Assembly (NCBI GenBank): GCA_017507325.1
Contig: JAFWBD010000042.1
Coordinates: 1,979-65,978, forward strand
Direction: 5' to 3'
Origin: Clostridia bacterium
GTDB lineage: Bacteria; Bacillota; Clostridia; Oscillospirales; SIG627
DNA length: 64,000 nucleotides
The notes beneath the pieces are model-generated. The model searched no databases. It was not told where the DNA came from and saw nothing but the letters and a program-made list of their open reading frames with translations. The translations under genes and the position numbers were made by a program. Of this stretch, positions 9,043-19,101 are shown piece by piece (position 1 is the stretch's first letter; each line of letters starts with the position of its first letter).

Positions 9043-10329
9043 ATGAATCGGGAAATCTTGGAACGTAGTTTTGCGGGCGACGGGATCGGCTTGAATTTTG
9101 TGGAAAACGATCGCTACAAGACCAACTATATCAGCATTTATTTTGTGACGGAGCTGAACAAAAAAAGCGCCTCCTACAACACCCTTCTGGCAAGGGTTTT
9201 GACCCGAGGCTGTGAAAAATACCCCACCCAGCGGGAATTGAACCGCGCTTTGGATTCTTGCTTTGACGCGGGACTTTTTTCCGACACGGCAAAGGTGGGA
9301 GAGTGGCACGCCCTTTCTCTTTCCCTCTGCCTTTTGGACGACAGCTTTGCCCTGGAGGGAGAGCACGTCACGGAAAAGGGGATCGAGCTCTTGCGCGAGG
9401 TGCTTTTGCACCCGTACTTGCCGGGCGGCAATTTTGACAAAAATTACGTGGAAAGCGAGAGAAGGCTGAATCTGGATGAGATCGCCGCCGCCGTGAACCA
9501 CAAGGCCCGCTACGCCAGAAGCCGTATGTTTGAGCATATGTGCCGCTTGGAGCCCTACAGCACCTGTCCCTTGGGGGATAAGAGGGAATTGCGTGCCATT
9601 ACCCCCGAGAGCTTGACCGAGTATTACCGTTCTCTTTTGGCCACCGCTCGGATTGAGGTCTTCTTTGTGGGAAGATTCGATCGGGAACGGGTGAAAAAGG
9701 AGATCGAAGAAATGTTCTCCTCGCTTGTCCGCAGTCCCAAGGAGCTTCCCGCCATTTCCGTGCGCACCAAGGCCAGAAACGTGAAGGAGGTGACCGAGAC
9801 CATGGACATCACCCAGGCCAATCTGGTGATGGGCTTCCGCATCGGGTGCACCCTGCAGGATCCCGCTTGGCGTGCCATGAGCCTTTATAACGCCGTTTTG
9901 GGAGGCTCGCTGACCTCAAAGCTCTTTTGCGTATTGCGAGAAAAAATGAGCCTTTGCTATTCCATTTCCTCCTCCCCGGACGCGCTGAAGGGCGTGATGC
10001 TGATCTATGCGGGAATCGCTCCCGAGAATCGCTCGGTTGCCATCCGCGAGGCCTTGAATCAGATGAATGAGATCCGAGAGGGCAACGTGACCCGAGAGGA
10101 GCTGGAAAGCGCCCGCGGCGCCTTGATCAATTCCCTCAACGGTCTGGAGGATAATCCCGCCGCTTTGGCCGAATGGTATTTGCCCCGCGTTTTGCTGGGG
10201 TGCATTCAAACGCCCGAGGCCATTGTGGAGGAATTGAAAAGGGTAAGCCTTGAGGACGTGGTGAAAGCCTCCGAGCGCATTACCTTGGATACCGTTTACA
10301 CCCTGACGGCAAAGGAGGTGCAGGCATGA
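9043..10329 (+). CDS. M16-family (insulinase-like) peptidase, non-catalytic subunit
   Basis: M16 architecture but no HxxEH at the expected N-terminal position. Start at ATG 9043 (MNREILE) with a GGAAAGGA RBS. Stop overlaps the next start (ATGA). Confidence 0.75.
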   Translation: MNREILERSFAGDGIGLNFVENDRYKTNYISIYFVTELNKKSASYNTLLARVLTRGCEKYPTQRELNRALDSCFDAGLFSDTAKVGEWHALSLSLCLLDDSFALEGEHVTEKGIELLREVLLHPYLPGGNFDKNYVESERRLNLDEIAAAVNHKARYARSRMFEHMCRLEPYSTCPLGDKRELRAITPESLTEYYRSLLATARIEVFFVGRFDRERVKKEIEEMFSSLVRSPKELPAISVRTKARNVKEVTETMDITQANLVMGFRIGCTLQDPAWRAMSLYNAVLGGSLTSKLFCVLREKMSLCYSISSSPDALKGVMLIYAGIAPENRSVAIREALNQMNEIREGNVTREELESARGALINSLNGLEDNPAALAEWYLPRVLLGCIQTPEAIVEELKRVSLEDVVKASERITLDTVYTLTAKEVQA

Positions 10330-11624
10330 GATTTTACACCAAGGAAAACCCCCGCATTCGGGAAAAATATGAATACGGAACCCACGAATCCGGCCTTCAG
10401 GTGGTGGTGATCCCCAAAAAGCACCGCAAGGCCTTTGCGCTGTTCGGTACCCGCTACGGATCCATTCACCGTGTGTTCAAAACGGAAGCGGATGAGGATT
10501 TTATCACCGTTCCCGACGGGATCGCGCATTTTCTGGAGCACAAGCTCTTTGAAAACGAGGACGGAAGCGATACCTTCCAGCATTTTGCCGCCTTGGGGGC
10601 CAGCTGTAATGCCTTTACCTCCAACGAAATGACGGCGTATCTGTTTTCGGCAACGGATCATTATTACGACAACCTGCGGGTTCTGCTCCGTTTTGTGACA
10701 AAGCCCTATTTTACTCCCGAAACCGTTCAAAAGGAAATGGGGATCATCGGGCAGGAGATCCGCATGGGGCAGGACGAGCCCTTCCATCAGCTCTATTACG
10801 GACTTTTGGATGCGCTGTTTTCCGAGCACAACGTGAAGGTGGACATTGCCGGCACGGAGGAGACCATTTCTCACATTACCGACAAGATCCTGTATCGCTG
10901 CTACAACACCTTTTACAATCTGAACAATATGCTTCTGGTGCTTTGCGGCCCCTGGGAGAAAAAGGCTGTGAAGGCCGTTCTGGATGAGATCTTGGAGAAG
11001 GCACCGCGGATTCGTATCGAAACGCGCTTTCCCGCGGAGCCCAAGCGGATCCACAAGAAAAAGGTGGTCAAGGAATGCCCCGTGGCCCTGCCGCTTTTTG
11101 CGGTGGGAATGAAGGAGGGCGATCTGAAAAAGAGGATCCGCCCCGACGAGATCCTGAAAAAGCAGGCGGAGCACGAGGTGCTTTCGGATATTCTCTTCGG
11201 CAAATCCTCCGATTTTTATAACGAGCTCTACGAGGAGGGGCTGATCGGAGACAAATTCTCCGTGGAGTACAATCTTTCCGGCAGCTACGGATATTTGCTT
11301 TTGTTCGGGGAATCCCGCAAGCCCGAGGCGGTGTACCGCCGCATTCGGGAGAGGGTGAAAAACGCCGCTTCTCTTGTGACCGAAGAGGATTTTCTCCGCA
11401 GTCGCCGCGCGGTGTACGGCAGGTGTGTTCAGGATTGGAATTCCACCACGGAGATTGCGGAAAACTTTATGGATTTTGCTTTTTCCGGAACGGATATGCT
11501 TTCCTATCCCGACGTGATCGCCTCTCTTCGCCTTGAGGATCTGCAGGAAAGAATTCAAAAATCTTACCGCACGGATCGGCTGGTGCTGTCCGTGGTAAAA
11601 CCGATAAAGGAGAAAAAAATATGA
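10326..11624 (+). CDS. M16-family zinc peptidase, catalytic subunit
   Basis: HFLEH (HxxEH) zinc motif near the N-terminus. Translationally coupled to both neighbours. Confidence 0.8.
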   Translation: MRFYTKENPRIREKYEYGTHESGLQVVVIPKKHRKAFALFGTRYGSIHRVFKTEADEDFITVPDGIAHFLEHKLFENEDGSDTFQHFAALGASCNAFTSNEMTAYLFSATDHYYDNLRVLLRFVTKPYFTPETVQKEMGIIGQEIRMGQDEPFHQLYYGLLDALFSEHNVKVDIAGTEETISHITDKILYRCYNTFYNLNNMLLVLCGPWEKKAVKAVLDEILEKAPRIRIETRFPAEPKRIHKKKVVKECPVALPLFAVGMKEGDLKKRIRPDEILKKQAEHEVLSDILFGKSSDFYNELYEEGLIGDKFSVEYNLSGSYGYLLLFGESRKPEAVYRRIRERVKNAASLVTEEDFLRSRRAVYGRCVQDWNSTTEIAENFMDFAFSGTDMLSYPDVIASLRLEDLQERIQKSYRTDRLVLSVVKPIKEKKI

Positions 11625-12622
11625 TGCAAGCATCTTCAACGACCATCGTTTCCTTTCCCGAATTGGGCTGGGGTCCCTGGACTCTTCAGCGCTTTTTGGT
11701 GGAAGATCTTTTCGGCGGCTTAACCATTGCCTGGTACGGGGTGATTATTTGCTGTGCCATGATTCTGGCCTGCGCCATCATTTTGTACAACGCCACCAAG
11801 CGCGAGGGCTTTGTGACGGATTCCTTCCTGGACTATTTTATTTTCGCCATCCCGCTGGGAGTGGTGGGAGCCAGAGCCATGTACGTTTTGGCCAAGCTTG
11901 AGGAATACGAAAGCTTCGGCGAGGCCATTGCCATCTGGAACGGCGGTCTTGCCATTTACGGAGCGGTGATCACGGGCATCGTGACCGTTCTGATTTTGGC
12001 AAAGATCAAAAAGCACAATCCCCTGCAGGTTTTCGATGCGGTGATCCCCGGTCTTCTCATTGCGCAGTCCATCGGGCGTTGGGGAAATTTTATCAACGGA
12101 GAGGCCTACGGCGAGACCATTACGGGAGTCAAGCTTCCCTGGGGAATGGTGGTCAACGGCGTTGGCCCCGTACATCCCGCCTTTCTCTATGAATCCCTGA
12201 TCACCTTTACGGGCTTTCTTTTGGCAATGTTTGTGGTATACCGCTTTAAGAAGATCCACGGACAGGTGTTCTGCTTCTATCTGATCTGGTACGGCTTGGG
12301 CAGAACGCTGGTGGAGGGGATCCGAACCGATTCTCTGATGATCGGATCTCTGCGCTTGGCGCAGTGCATCGGTCTGGCCTCGGTATTCGTGGGAATCGCC
12401 ATGCTGGTGCTTTTGCAGGTATTCCGCAAAGAGCCCGACGCTTCGGAAAAGGAGAATTTGGCGGAAGCGGAAGAAGAGATCGACGAGTCGGAGCGCACCA
12501 TTCCCTTGCGCAGTGAAGAGGAGGCCGCCGCCGAAATGGCCGCCGCCCTTCAGACGGACGATGAAAAGCTTTCGGACAACCAAGAGAAAACAGAGGAGAC
12601 AGAAGATGGCACAGATCATTAA
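11621..12622 (+). CDS. lgt: Prolipoprotein diacylglyceryl transferase with an acidic C-terminal tail
   Basis: Multi-TM protein with the Lgt signature …GRWGNFINGEAYG…. Confidence 0.85.
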   Translation: MMQASSTTIVSFPELGWGPWTLQRFLVEDLFGGLTIAWYGVIICCAMILACAIILYNATKREGFVTDSFLDYFIFAIPLGVVGARAMYVLAKLEEYESFGEAIAIWNGGLAIYGAVITGIVTVLILAKIKKHNPLQVFDAVIPGLLIAQSIGRWGNFINGEAYGETITGVKLPWGMVVNGVGPVHPAFLYESLITFTGFLLAMFVVYRFKKIHGQVFCFYLIWYGLGRTLVEGIRTDSLMIGSLRLAQCIGLASVFVGIAMLVLLQVFRKEPDASEKENLAEAEEEIDESERTIPLRSEEEAAAEMAAALQTDDEKLSDNQEKTEETEDGTDH

Positions 12623-13460
12623 CGGAAAAGAGACTTCCAAGAAAATTCGGGAGCAGATCCGCTTGGAAACGGAAAAAATGCAAAAGGAAACGGGGATCCG
12701 TCCCGGACTTGCGGTGATTTTGGTGGGAGATGATCCCGCCTCCGCCATTTACGTTCGCAACAAAAAGAAGGCCTGCGACGAGGTGGGCTTTTTATCCAAG
12801 GAATTCGTGCTTCCCGCTACGGCAAAGGAGGAAGATCTTTTGGCTCTGATCGATCAGCTCAATGCGGATCCCGAGATCCACGGAATTTTGGTACAGCTTC
12901 CCGTGCCCAAGCATATGGATGCCAAGAAGGTGATCGCGCGCATTGATCCCAAAAAGGACGTGGATGCCTTCTCCTTTGAAAACGTGGGGCGGATCGTGAC
13001 GGGAGATTTCGATTTCGTTCCCTGCACCCCTGCGGGCATTATGGAGCTTTTGGCGGAATACCGCATCTCTCCCGAGGGGAAAAGAGCGGTGGTGATCGGG
13101 CGGAGCAACATCGTGGGTAAGCCCATGGCACTATTGTTGCTCCATCAGAACGCCACGGTGACCGTTTGCCATTCCCGTACGGAAAATTTGGCCGAGATCT
13201 GCCGCGAGGCGGATATTCTGGTGGCGGCCGTGGGCAAGGCAAAATTCGTTACCGAGGATATGGTGAAGGAAGGCGCGGTGGTGATCGACGTGGGGATGAA
13301 CCGCGATGAAAACGGCCTTTGCGGAGACGTGGATTTTGCCGCCGTTGAGAAAAAGGCCTCCTATATTACGCCCGTGCCCGGCGGCGTTGGCCCCATGACC
13401 ATCACCCTTTTGATGAAGAATACGCTGACCTCTGCTCAAAAAGCGGGGAAAGGAGAATAA
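12606..13460 (+). CDS. folD: Bifunctional methylenetetrahydrofolate dehydrogenase/cyclohydrolase
   Basis: MAQIINGKE…PGLAVILVGDDPAS.IYVRNK…VQLPVP…CTP.G…VIGRSNIVGKP…PVPGGVGPMT. True start is ATG 12606; the 12513 start only adds an R/K-rich out-of-context extension overlapping lgt. Confidence 0.9.
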   Translation: MAQIINGKETSKKIREQIRLETEKMQKETGIRPGLAVILVGDDPASAIYVRNKKKACDEVGFLSKEFVLPATAKEEDLLALIDQLNADPEIHGILVQLPVPKHMDAKKVIARIDPKKDVDAFSFENVGRIVTGDFDFVPCTPAGIMELLAEYRISPEGKRAVVIGRSNIVGKPMALLLLHQNATVTVCHSRTENLAEICREADILVAAVGKAKFVTEDMVKEGAVVIDVGMNRDENGLCGDVDFAAVEKKASYITPVPGGVGPMTITLLMKNTLTSAQKAGKGE

Positions 13461-13468
13461 AAGAACCT

Positions 13469-14704
13469 ATGAAAAGCAGAATGAAACGAATTTTTTCTCT
13501 GTTTCTTGCTGTCCTTTGCATTTTGATGACGGTTTCCTGCCGGCAGGATCCCGAAAGCACCACCGAAGAAACGCAGAGCGATACCGAGCTTTCCACGGAG
13601 GAAAGAGCCGCTCTGGATGCGGCGGCCTTGGCGGATTTTATGCAGAAATACCGCAGTGGCCACTATCAGGAGCATTTGGTGTTTCAATATGACGATTTCA
13701 GCGCCTATTTACAGTTGGGTACCTACAAGGGAATGACCTATCCCGCCGATTCGATGATCTCCGAAGAAATTACCGATGAGCAGGTGGAGGATTACCTGAA
13801 GGGTATTCAGATTGTGGGAACCTTGGCCGACAGCGCCTTTACCGAAATCACGGATGGGACCGTTCAAAAATTTGATATGGTGACCATCGATTACCGCGGG
13901 GTGATCAGCGGCGAGGAGCATGAAAACGCCACGGCCTCGGACCAGGAGCTTTTGATCGGCAGCGGAACTTATATGGAAGGCTTTGAAAGCGGCTTGATCG
14001 GCAAGGAAGCGGGCAAGGAGATTCAGTTGGATCTGGTCTTCTCTCCTTATTATGGGGATCCCACCGTGGCGGGAAAGCCCGTTACCTTCTACGTGACTGT
14101 GAAAAAGATCCGCAGACCCACCGTTCCCGAATTGACGGTGGAGACCATCAATGCTCTGTACGGCTCTTCCTTTGCTTCGCTCTCTGAGGTGAAGGAGGAC
14201 ATTCGCGATTATCTGAAGACCGAAAAGAGCGCCAATGCCGCCTCGGCCATTATCAGCTATCTGGAATTGAAGCTGATGGATTCCTGCACGGTGATCCAAT
14301 ACCCCGAAAAGGAAATGGAGCATTACCGCAACCATTTCGTGGATTTCTATTCTCAGAATTTGGAGAACGGGCAGACCCTGGAGGAATATTGCGAGGAGGT
14401 CTTGGGAATCCAATACGAGGAATTTATGGAGGGAGCCGAGGATTACGCCAAGGAAACGGTGAAGGGTACGCTGATGTTTTTGGATATTGCCAAAAAAGAA
14501 AACATCACCTGCACCGACGAGCAGCTGGAGGCGCTGATTCTGGGGCTTTACGAGGGGCAGGCCGCCTATTATAACAGCCTGGAGGAGTTCCTTCAGGAAT
14601 ACGTTACCATTTACGGGGCGGATTTCTTTGAATTGAAGGTGATCAGTGCCGCTGTGATGGAAATGGTGGCAGAAAACGCCACGAAGGTTGAAAAGACGGC
14701 ATGA
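13469..14704 (+). CDS. Probable lipoprotein homologous to the trigger-factor PPIase plus C-terminal chaperone domains
   Basis: Signal peptide ending …LMTVSC (lipobox-like). FKBP-type core FDMVTIDYRGVISGEE…LLIGSGTYMEGFESGLIGKEAGKE…VTFYVTVKKI, then a helical TF-C-like region. No TF ribosome-binding N-domain. Confidence 0.7.
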   Translation: MKSRMKRIFSLFLAVLCILMTVSCRQDPESTTEETQSDTELSTEERAALDAAALADFMQKYRSGHYQEHLVFQYDDFSAYLQLGTYKGMTYPADSMISEEITDEQVEDYLKGIQIVGTLADSAFTEITDGTVQKFDMVTIDYRGVISGEEHENATASDQELLIGSGTYMEGFESGLIGKEAGKEIQLDLVFSPYYGDPTVAGKPVTFYVTVKKIRRPTVPELTVETINALYGSSFASLSEVKEDIRDYLKTEKSANAASAIISYLELKLMDSCTVIQYPEKEMEHYRNHFVDFYSQNLENGQTLEEYCEEVLGIQYEEFMEGAEDYAKETVKGTLMFLDIAKKENITCTDEQLEALILGLYEGQAAYYNSLEEFLQEYVTIYGADFFELKVISAAVMEMVAENATKVEKTA

Positions 14705-15867
14705 AACGCTTCACGGTTCTATTTTGCATTGGGATCCTCGTTCTTCTTTGCGGGGTCTCCTGCCGAGAGGAGTCTTTCTCCTCCACCGAGGGGGAAAAGA
14801 ACCCCCAAACGGAACAAAGCGAGAGCCCCGTTTCCACGGAGGAGCGCTTTGACCCTCCAAAGCGGGAGGATCGGGCGGAAAAATATCCCGAGGATCTTTC
14901 GGCGTATATTACTCTTCCCGAGCATCTTGGGGTGAAGGCGCCCTTTGCCGACCCGAGCCTTTGCAGCGATGCGGAATTGGAGGAGGCCATTTTCCAGATC
15001 CGTTTGGCGGTGGCAAAATTTGAAAAGAAGACGGGAACGGCGGAGCGCTATGACAAGGTGGTTCTGGATTTTGAATTGATTCTGGACACCCTTGTGCAGG
15101 AGGAATATGCGGTGGATGATCTGGAGATCGTGATCGGGTCGGAATCCACCGAGGAGATCTACCGCGCCATGGCATCGGCCTTGGTGTCCGCGTCGGTGGG
15201 GGACGTCAGATATACGGAATACACCTATCCCGAATCGGTGCTGTACGGAGAGATGTCGGGAAAGACTGTGGTTTTAAAGGGCAGTCTCAAAGAAATCCAT
15301 TCCCCCGTGCTTCCCGAGCTTACCGAGGAATTCATTCATTCTCTGAAGGGCTTTGAGGGGAAAAGCGAAGCGGAATTTCGGGAGTCGGTGAAAAAATCCG
15401 TTCTGGAAAGCAAAGAGGAGGAAAAGGTGGAGCGGGTTTGGGCGGCCTTTTTGGAGGGAGTGGTGATCCATTCCTATCCCGAGGAGGTTTTGAATCTGTA
15501 TCGCGATGACCACGTTTCCTATTACAAGGCCTTTGCCGAGGCTATGAAAATGGATTACGAGAGCTTTTTGGCGGAATACATCGGCTCGACCGCTGCCGAG
15601 ATTGAAGCGGAGGCGGTGGAATATGCCAAGGAGATGGTCAAAAACGATATGGTCTTCCTGCGGCTCTCGCAGATCTTGAACATCACCTTGACTGAGGAGG
15701 AATTCCGTCTCGGAGCGGAGGAATACCGCGATCGGGACAGCGCCGAATTCGAATCCTTGGAGGAATTTATCGAATATTATTCCGAGAGCATCATCCGCCG
15801 CAATTTGATTTGGGACAAGGCTCTGATGGTGGTGGTGGACAACGCCGTTTCCACCGTAGCCTCCTAA
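14701..15867 (+). CDS. Second trigger-factor-like probable lipoprotein with a degenerate PPIase core
   Basis: Signal peptide …LLCGVSC. Same architecture as 13469-14704, but the GSG..GFE motif is replaced (GSESTEEIYRAMA). ATGA overlap with the upstream gene. Confidence 0.6.
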   Translation: MKRFTVLFCIGILVLLCGVSCREESFSSTEGEKNPQTEQSESPVSTEERFDPPKREDRAEKYPEDLSAYITLPEHLGVKAPFADPSLCSDAELEEAIFQIRLAVAKFEKKTGTAERYDKVVLDFELILDTLVQEEYAVDDLEIVIGSESTEEIYRAMASALVSASVGDVRYTEYTYPESVLYGEMSGKTVVLKGSLKEIHSPVLPELTEEFIHSLKGFEGKSEAEFRESVKKSVLESKEEEKVERVWAAFLEGVVIHSYPEEVLNLYRDDHVSYYKAFAEAMKMDYESFLAEYIGSTAAEIEAEAVEYAKEMVKNDMVFLRLSQILNITLTEEEFRLGAEEYRDRDSAEFESLEEFIEYYSESIIRRNLIWDKALMVVVDNAVSTVAS

Positions 15868-15932
15868 GATCCTTTCGGAAGGAACAGACCCCGCTTGGAT
15901 CATCGTCGGGTTTTTGAGTCTGAAAAGAAGAA

Positions 15933-15973
15933 GCCTCCCACGGCATTTTTTCGCCGTGGGAGGCCATTTTTTG
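15933..15973. terminator. Rho-independent terminator between convergent genes
   Basis: 12-bp stem gcctcccacggc/gccgtgggaggc with an 8-nt loop, followed by cattttttg. Confidence 0.7.
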
Positions 15974-15999
15974 CGGAAAAAGTAACGTTTGCCGTTCCT

Positions 16000-16872
16000 T
16001 TACAGCGCGGTTTTGCAAAGAGAAATGAAGTTTTTCACCACCTGAGAATGATAATTGTCCTTCATGGTGATGATGGCCCGCTTGATGGTGAGATCGCACT
16101 CCTCAATGGAGCAAAAACGGAGGGGCTTTTTGCAATAGGAAAGGCTGTTTTCGGGGACGATGGCAACGCCGAGCCCCGCCTCGGCCCATTTTAAGTTGAT
16201 GGTCAGCTGCTTATTGACGGCACGGATGGCGGGATGAAAATGGGCGCTGTTGCAAAGAGTGAGAAAGCGCTCCTCGTAGCGGCGAATGATCAAAAGCGGG
16301 AGATTTTCCAATTCCGAAAGGGAGATGGAGGATTTGTTGCCGAAGGAAAATACGTCGGGATCGTAGGCGCAGACCAATTTTTCATCGCTGATGAAAACCG
16401 CCTCCATATCCTCCGTCAAAGCGGCGGGGGTGGAAATGACTCCGATTTCCGCAATGCCGTCGGTAAGCATTTGCAAAATATCATCGGATTCCTTTTCGTG
16501 GATCTCATAGGTGACAAGGGGATATTTTTGGGAAAACATGGGGATGATGCGCTCCAGCAAATTGATCTCCCCCGATTGGATGGTGGCGATCCGAAGACAA
16601 CCGACGTTTCCGTTTTCGGAATCGTGAATTTCCTGGTGCAGGGCATTTTCCTGCATCAGGATTTTTTTGGCCCGTTCATAAAAGATCAGACCCGTATCGG
16701 TCAATTTCAGATGACGGGAATTGCGGTCGATCAAAACGGTATCCAATTCCTTTTCCAAGGCTTTGAGCTGATTGGAAAGGGCGGGCTGGGCGATGAAAAG
16801 CTTTTTGGAAGCCGCGGTCAGGGAGCCGGTGTCGGCGATTTCAATGAAATTTCTCAGGGTTTTACTGTTCAC
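16000..16872 (-). CDS. LysR-family transcriptional regulator, divergent from the portal gene
   Basis: N-terminal wHTH …LRNFIEIADTGSLTAASKKLFIAQPALSNQLKALE…. Start set at GTG 16872 with a GGAG RBS 7 nt upstream; the ORF-track start at 16953 adds 27 atypical residues. Confidence 0.8.
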   Translation of the reverse strand: MNSKTLRNFIEIADTGSLTAASKKLFIAQPALSNQLKALEKELDTVLIDRNSRHLKLTDTGLIFYERAKKILMQENALHQEIHDSENGNVGCLRIATIQSGEINLLERIIPMFSQKYPLVTYEIHEKESDDILQMLTDGIAEIGVISTPAALTEDMEAVFISDEKLVCAYDPDVFSFGNKSSISLSELENLPLLIIRRYEERFLTLCNSAHFHPAIRAVNKQLTINLKWAEAGLGVAIVPENSLSYCKKPLRFCSIEECDLTIKRAIITMKDNYHSQVVKNFISLCKTAL

Positions 16873-16981
16873 GGCGGATCTCCATTTGTTTTTGTTATGA
16901 ATACTTAAAAAAACAGCTGTTTTCAGTATAGACATAGAAGGAGAATTTGTCAAGGCTTTTTCAAAAAAGACTGCCGTGTCA

Positions 16982-17011
16982 TTGTGTGGCAGTATGCGTT
17001 TGTCATATAAT
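16982..17011 (+). promoter_or_regulatory. Candidate promoter of the portal-capsid module, with an overlapping inverted repeat
   Basis: TTGTGT-18 nt-TATAAT (17006-17011), 35 nt before ATG 17046. Inverted repeat actgcc-N12-ggcagt (16970-16993) overlaps the -35/spacer. Confidence 0.4.
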
Positions 17012-17045
17012 CCACCCCAAGGAAAGCAAGAAGAAAGGAGAGACT

Positions 17046-18617
17046 ATGAAAAAGCAAATGAAGAAGGTCATCACGGAGGATTTTGCTTTGCTGGAAAAGG
17101 GGAGAGAATACAACCGCAGGATCGCCTATTACGATACGGTGAACCGCAACGAAAGGTTTTACCGCGGCGATCAATGGATGGGGGTGCCCTCGGGGGATCT
17201 GCCCACTCCCGTATTCAATCTGTTCAAGCGCGTGATCAATTATTTTGTGTCCACGATCATGAGCCAGAAGATGTCCCTTCACTTTTCGGCGGAGGAGGTC
17301 GGGGGATTTTTAGATCCCGCCAAGCGAGCGCAGACCGATGAGGCCTGCCGACTTCTGACACGCTATCTGAATTACCGTTTGGAGAAGGATAAGGTGGATT
17401 CGATCCTGACCCGCGGTCTGATGGATGCCGCTGTTACGGGGGATATGTTTCTGTACGTGTACTGGGATCCCTCCAAGAGAACCGCCCAAGGCTTTATGGG
17501 GGATTTCGTAACGGAGCTTCTGGATGGTACGCAGGTATTCTTCGGGGACGTGAACACGCCTTCGGTGAAGGATCAGCCCTACATTCTGCTGACGGGAAGG
17601 GAATTGGTATCCAAGCTTCGGCAGGAGGCTCTGCTTTGCGGTGCCTCCCGCGAGGAGGCAGAGAGGATCGTTTCGGATTCCGACGTGGAGGATCAGACGG
17701 GCGATTACGGAAAAAAGGAGCTGGAGGGAACCAAGGCCACCTACGTGATCAAGCTCTTTTTGGAAAACGGAAGCGTTCGCTATCGGAAAAGCTGCCGCAG
17801 TACGGTGATTGTGCCCGAGCGGGATACGGGATTGCAAAGCTATCCCGTGGTTCTGATGAATTGGGAGGGCGTGAAAAATTCCTACCACGGCCAAGGAGCG
17901 GCCACCGCCCTGGCGGACAATCAGCTTTACATCAACAAGGCCTTTGCCATGGTGATGAAGCATATGATGGACGTTTCCTTTTCCAAGGTGATGTACAACG
18001 CCAATCTCATTGATGAATGGACGGGTGAGATTGGGGAGGCTGTTGCGGTAAACGGTCCCGTGGAGAATGCCGCCATCCGAATGGAGCCGGGCAGTATGCA
18101 GGCGGGTTTTTTGGAGGTCATCAATATGACCATGGGTGTCACCAAGGAACTGATGGGCGCCACCGACGCCGCCCTGGGCTCGGTCAATCCCGATAATACC
18201 AGCGCCATCATTGCCCTGCAGCAAAGCTCGGCCGTTCCGCTGGAATTGCAACGGAAGGCGCTGTATCTTGCCGTGGAGCAATTGGGAATGATCTGGCTGG
18301 ACTTTATTTTCCATTATTACGTGCCCGAGCGGGTGATCCTCTTTCGGGAAAAGGGAGAGCTTTTGGGAGGAACCCTTCCTCTCGATCAAATGCAGGACAG
18401 CATCTTTTCCTGTACCCTGCAGGCGGGAGCCTCCACCTATTGGAGCGAGATCGCTCAGGTTGCGACGTTGGATAAACTGCTTTCCTTGGGAATTATCCGC
18501 TTTTCGCAGTACCTGGAGCGCTTGCCCGACGGTTACATTGCCAAGAAGGAGGAGCTTCTGGAAACGGTTCGTGAGGAGGAAAAGGCCAAGCTCGGCCTGA
18601 TAGAGGGTCAGAAATGA
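17046..18617 (+). CDS. Phage portal protein (probable)
   Basis: 523 aa with an AAAGGAG RBS. Sits immediately upstream of scaffold-like and coat genes. N-terminal …NERFYRGDQW… and a size and charge pattern typical of portals. Call rests on recall and synteny only. Confidence 0.65.
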   Translation: MKKQMKKVITEDFALLEKGREYNRRIAYYDTVNRNERFYRGDQWMGVPSGDLPTPVFNLFKRVINYFVSTIMSQKMSLHFSAEEVGGFLDPAKRAQTDEACRLLTRYLNYRLEKDKVDSILTRGLMDAAVTGDMFLYVYWDPSKRTAQGFMGDFVTELLDGTQVFFGDVNTPSVKDQPYILLTGRELVSKLRQEALLCGASREEAERIVSDSDVEDQTGDYGKKELEGTKATYVIKLFLENGSVRYRKSCRSTVIVPERDTGLQSYPVVLMNWEGVKNSYHGQGAATALADNQLYINKAFAMVMKHMMDVSFSKVMYNANLIDEWTGEIGEAVAVNGPVENAAIRMEPGSMQAGFLEVINMTMGVTKELMGATDAALGSVNPDNTSAIIALQQSSAVPLELQRKALYLAVEQLGMIWLDFIFHYYVPERVILFREKGELLGGTLPLDQMQDSIFSCTLQAGASTYWSEIAQVATLDKLLSLGIIRFSQYLERLPDGYIAKKEELLETVREEEKAKLGLIEGQK

Positions 18618-18640
18618 AATTCAAACGCAAGGAGGAAACC

Positions 18641-19081
18641 ATGAAAAAGAAGAAACTGAGCAAATTCAAGGAGGAGTGGACCGAGGAGAAGGACAGCCTT
18701 GAGCCCGAATCCGAAAAAGAAGAGATGGAAGAGAGCCGAAAGGAGCAGAGTGCGGAGGAGATGATGGAGGAGGATATCTCCCTGTTTCGCCGCCTGTTCC
18801 CCGACGTTTCCTCGGACAAGATTCCCGAGGAGGTATGGAAGAGAGTGGAGGCCGGGGAAAGCCTTGCCGCCGCTTACGCTCTGTATTCCGTTCAAAAAAT
18901 GAGAGAGGAAGAGGCCATTGAGAAGGTGAATGCCGAAAATGAAAAAAAGGCGCCGCCCCGCATCCGTCACGACGGAGCGGATAAGGTCTATTTTTCTCCC
19001 GAGGCCGTCAAGGCCATGTCCCGCAGCGAAATCAAGAAAAATTACGACGAGATCTTAGCTTCCATGGATAATTGGAACTGA
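18641..19081 (+). CDS. Phage scaffolding-like protein
   Basis: 146 aa, highly charged and helical (E/K-rich), located between portal and coat. Perfect AAGGAGG RBS 6 nt before ATG 18641; an alternative ATG at 18614 overlaps the portal stop. Confidence 0.5.
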   Translation: MKKKKLSKFKEEWTEEKDSLEPESEKEEMEESRKEQSAEEMMEEDISLFRRLFPDVSSDKIPEEVWKRVEAGESLAAAYALYSVQKMREEEAIEKVNAENEKKAPPRIRHDGADKVYFSPEAVKAMSRSEIKKNYDEILASMDNWN

Positions 19082-19101
19082 TCCGAGAAAGGAAAACGAA
19101 A

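Noticed and set aside
10296-11639. 447-aa - strand ORF. Similar long ORFs occur at 3842-5410(+), 19042-20370(-), 26497-27756(+), 38912-40141(+) and 46314-47672(+).
   Set aside because: Each is antisense to or frame-shifted over a gene with clear family motifs (M16 peptidase, oxidoreductase/BNR, coat protein, dnaK, SPFH, AIM24/LysR). They lack RBSs and have biased low-complexity composition.
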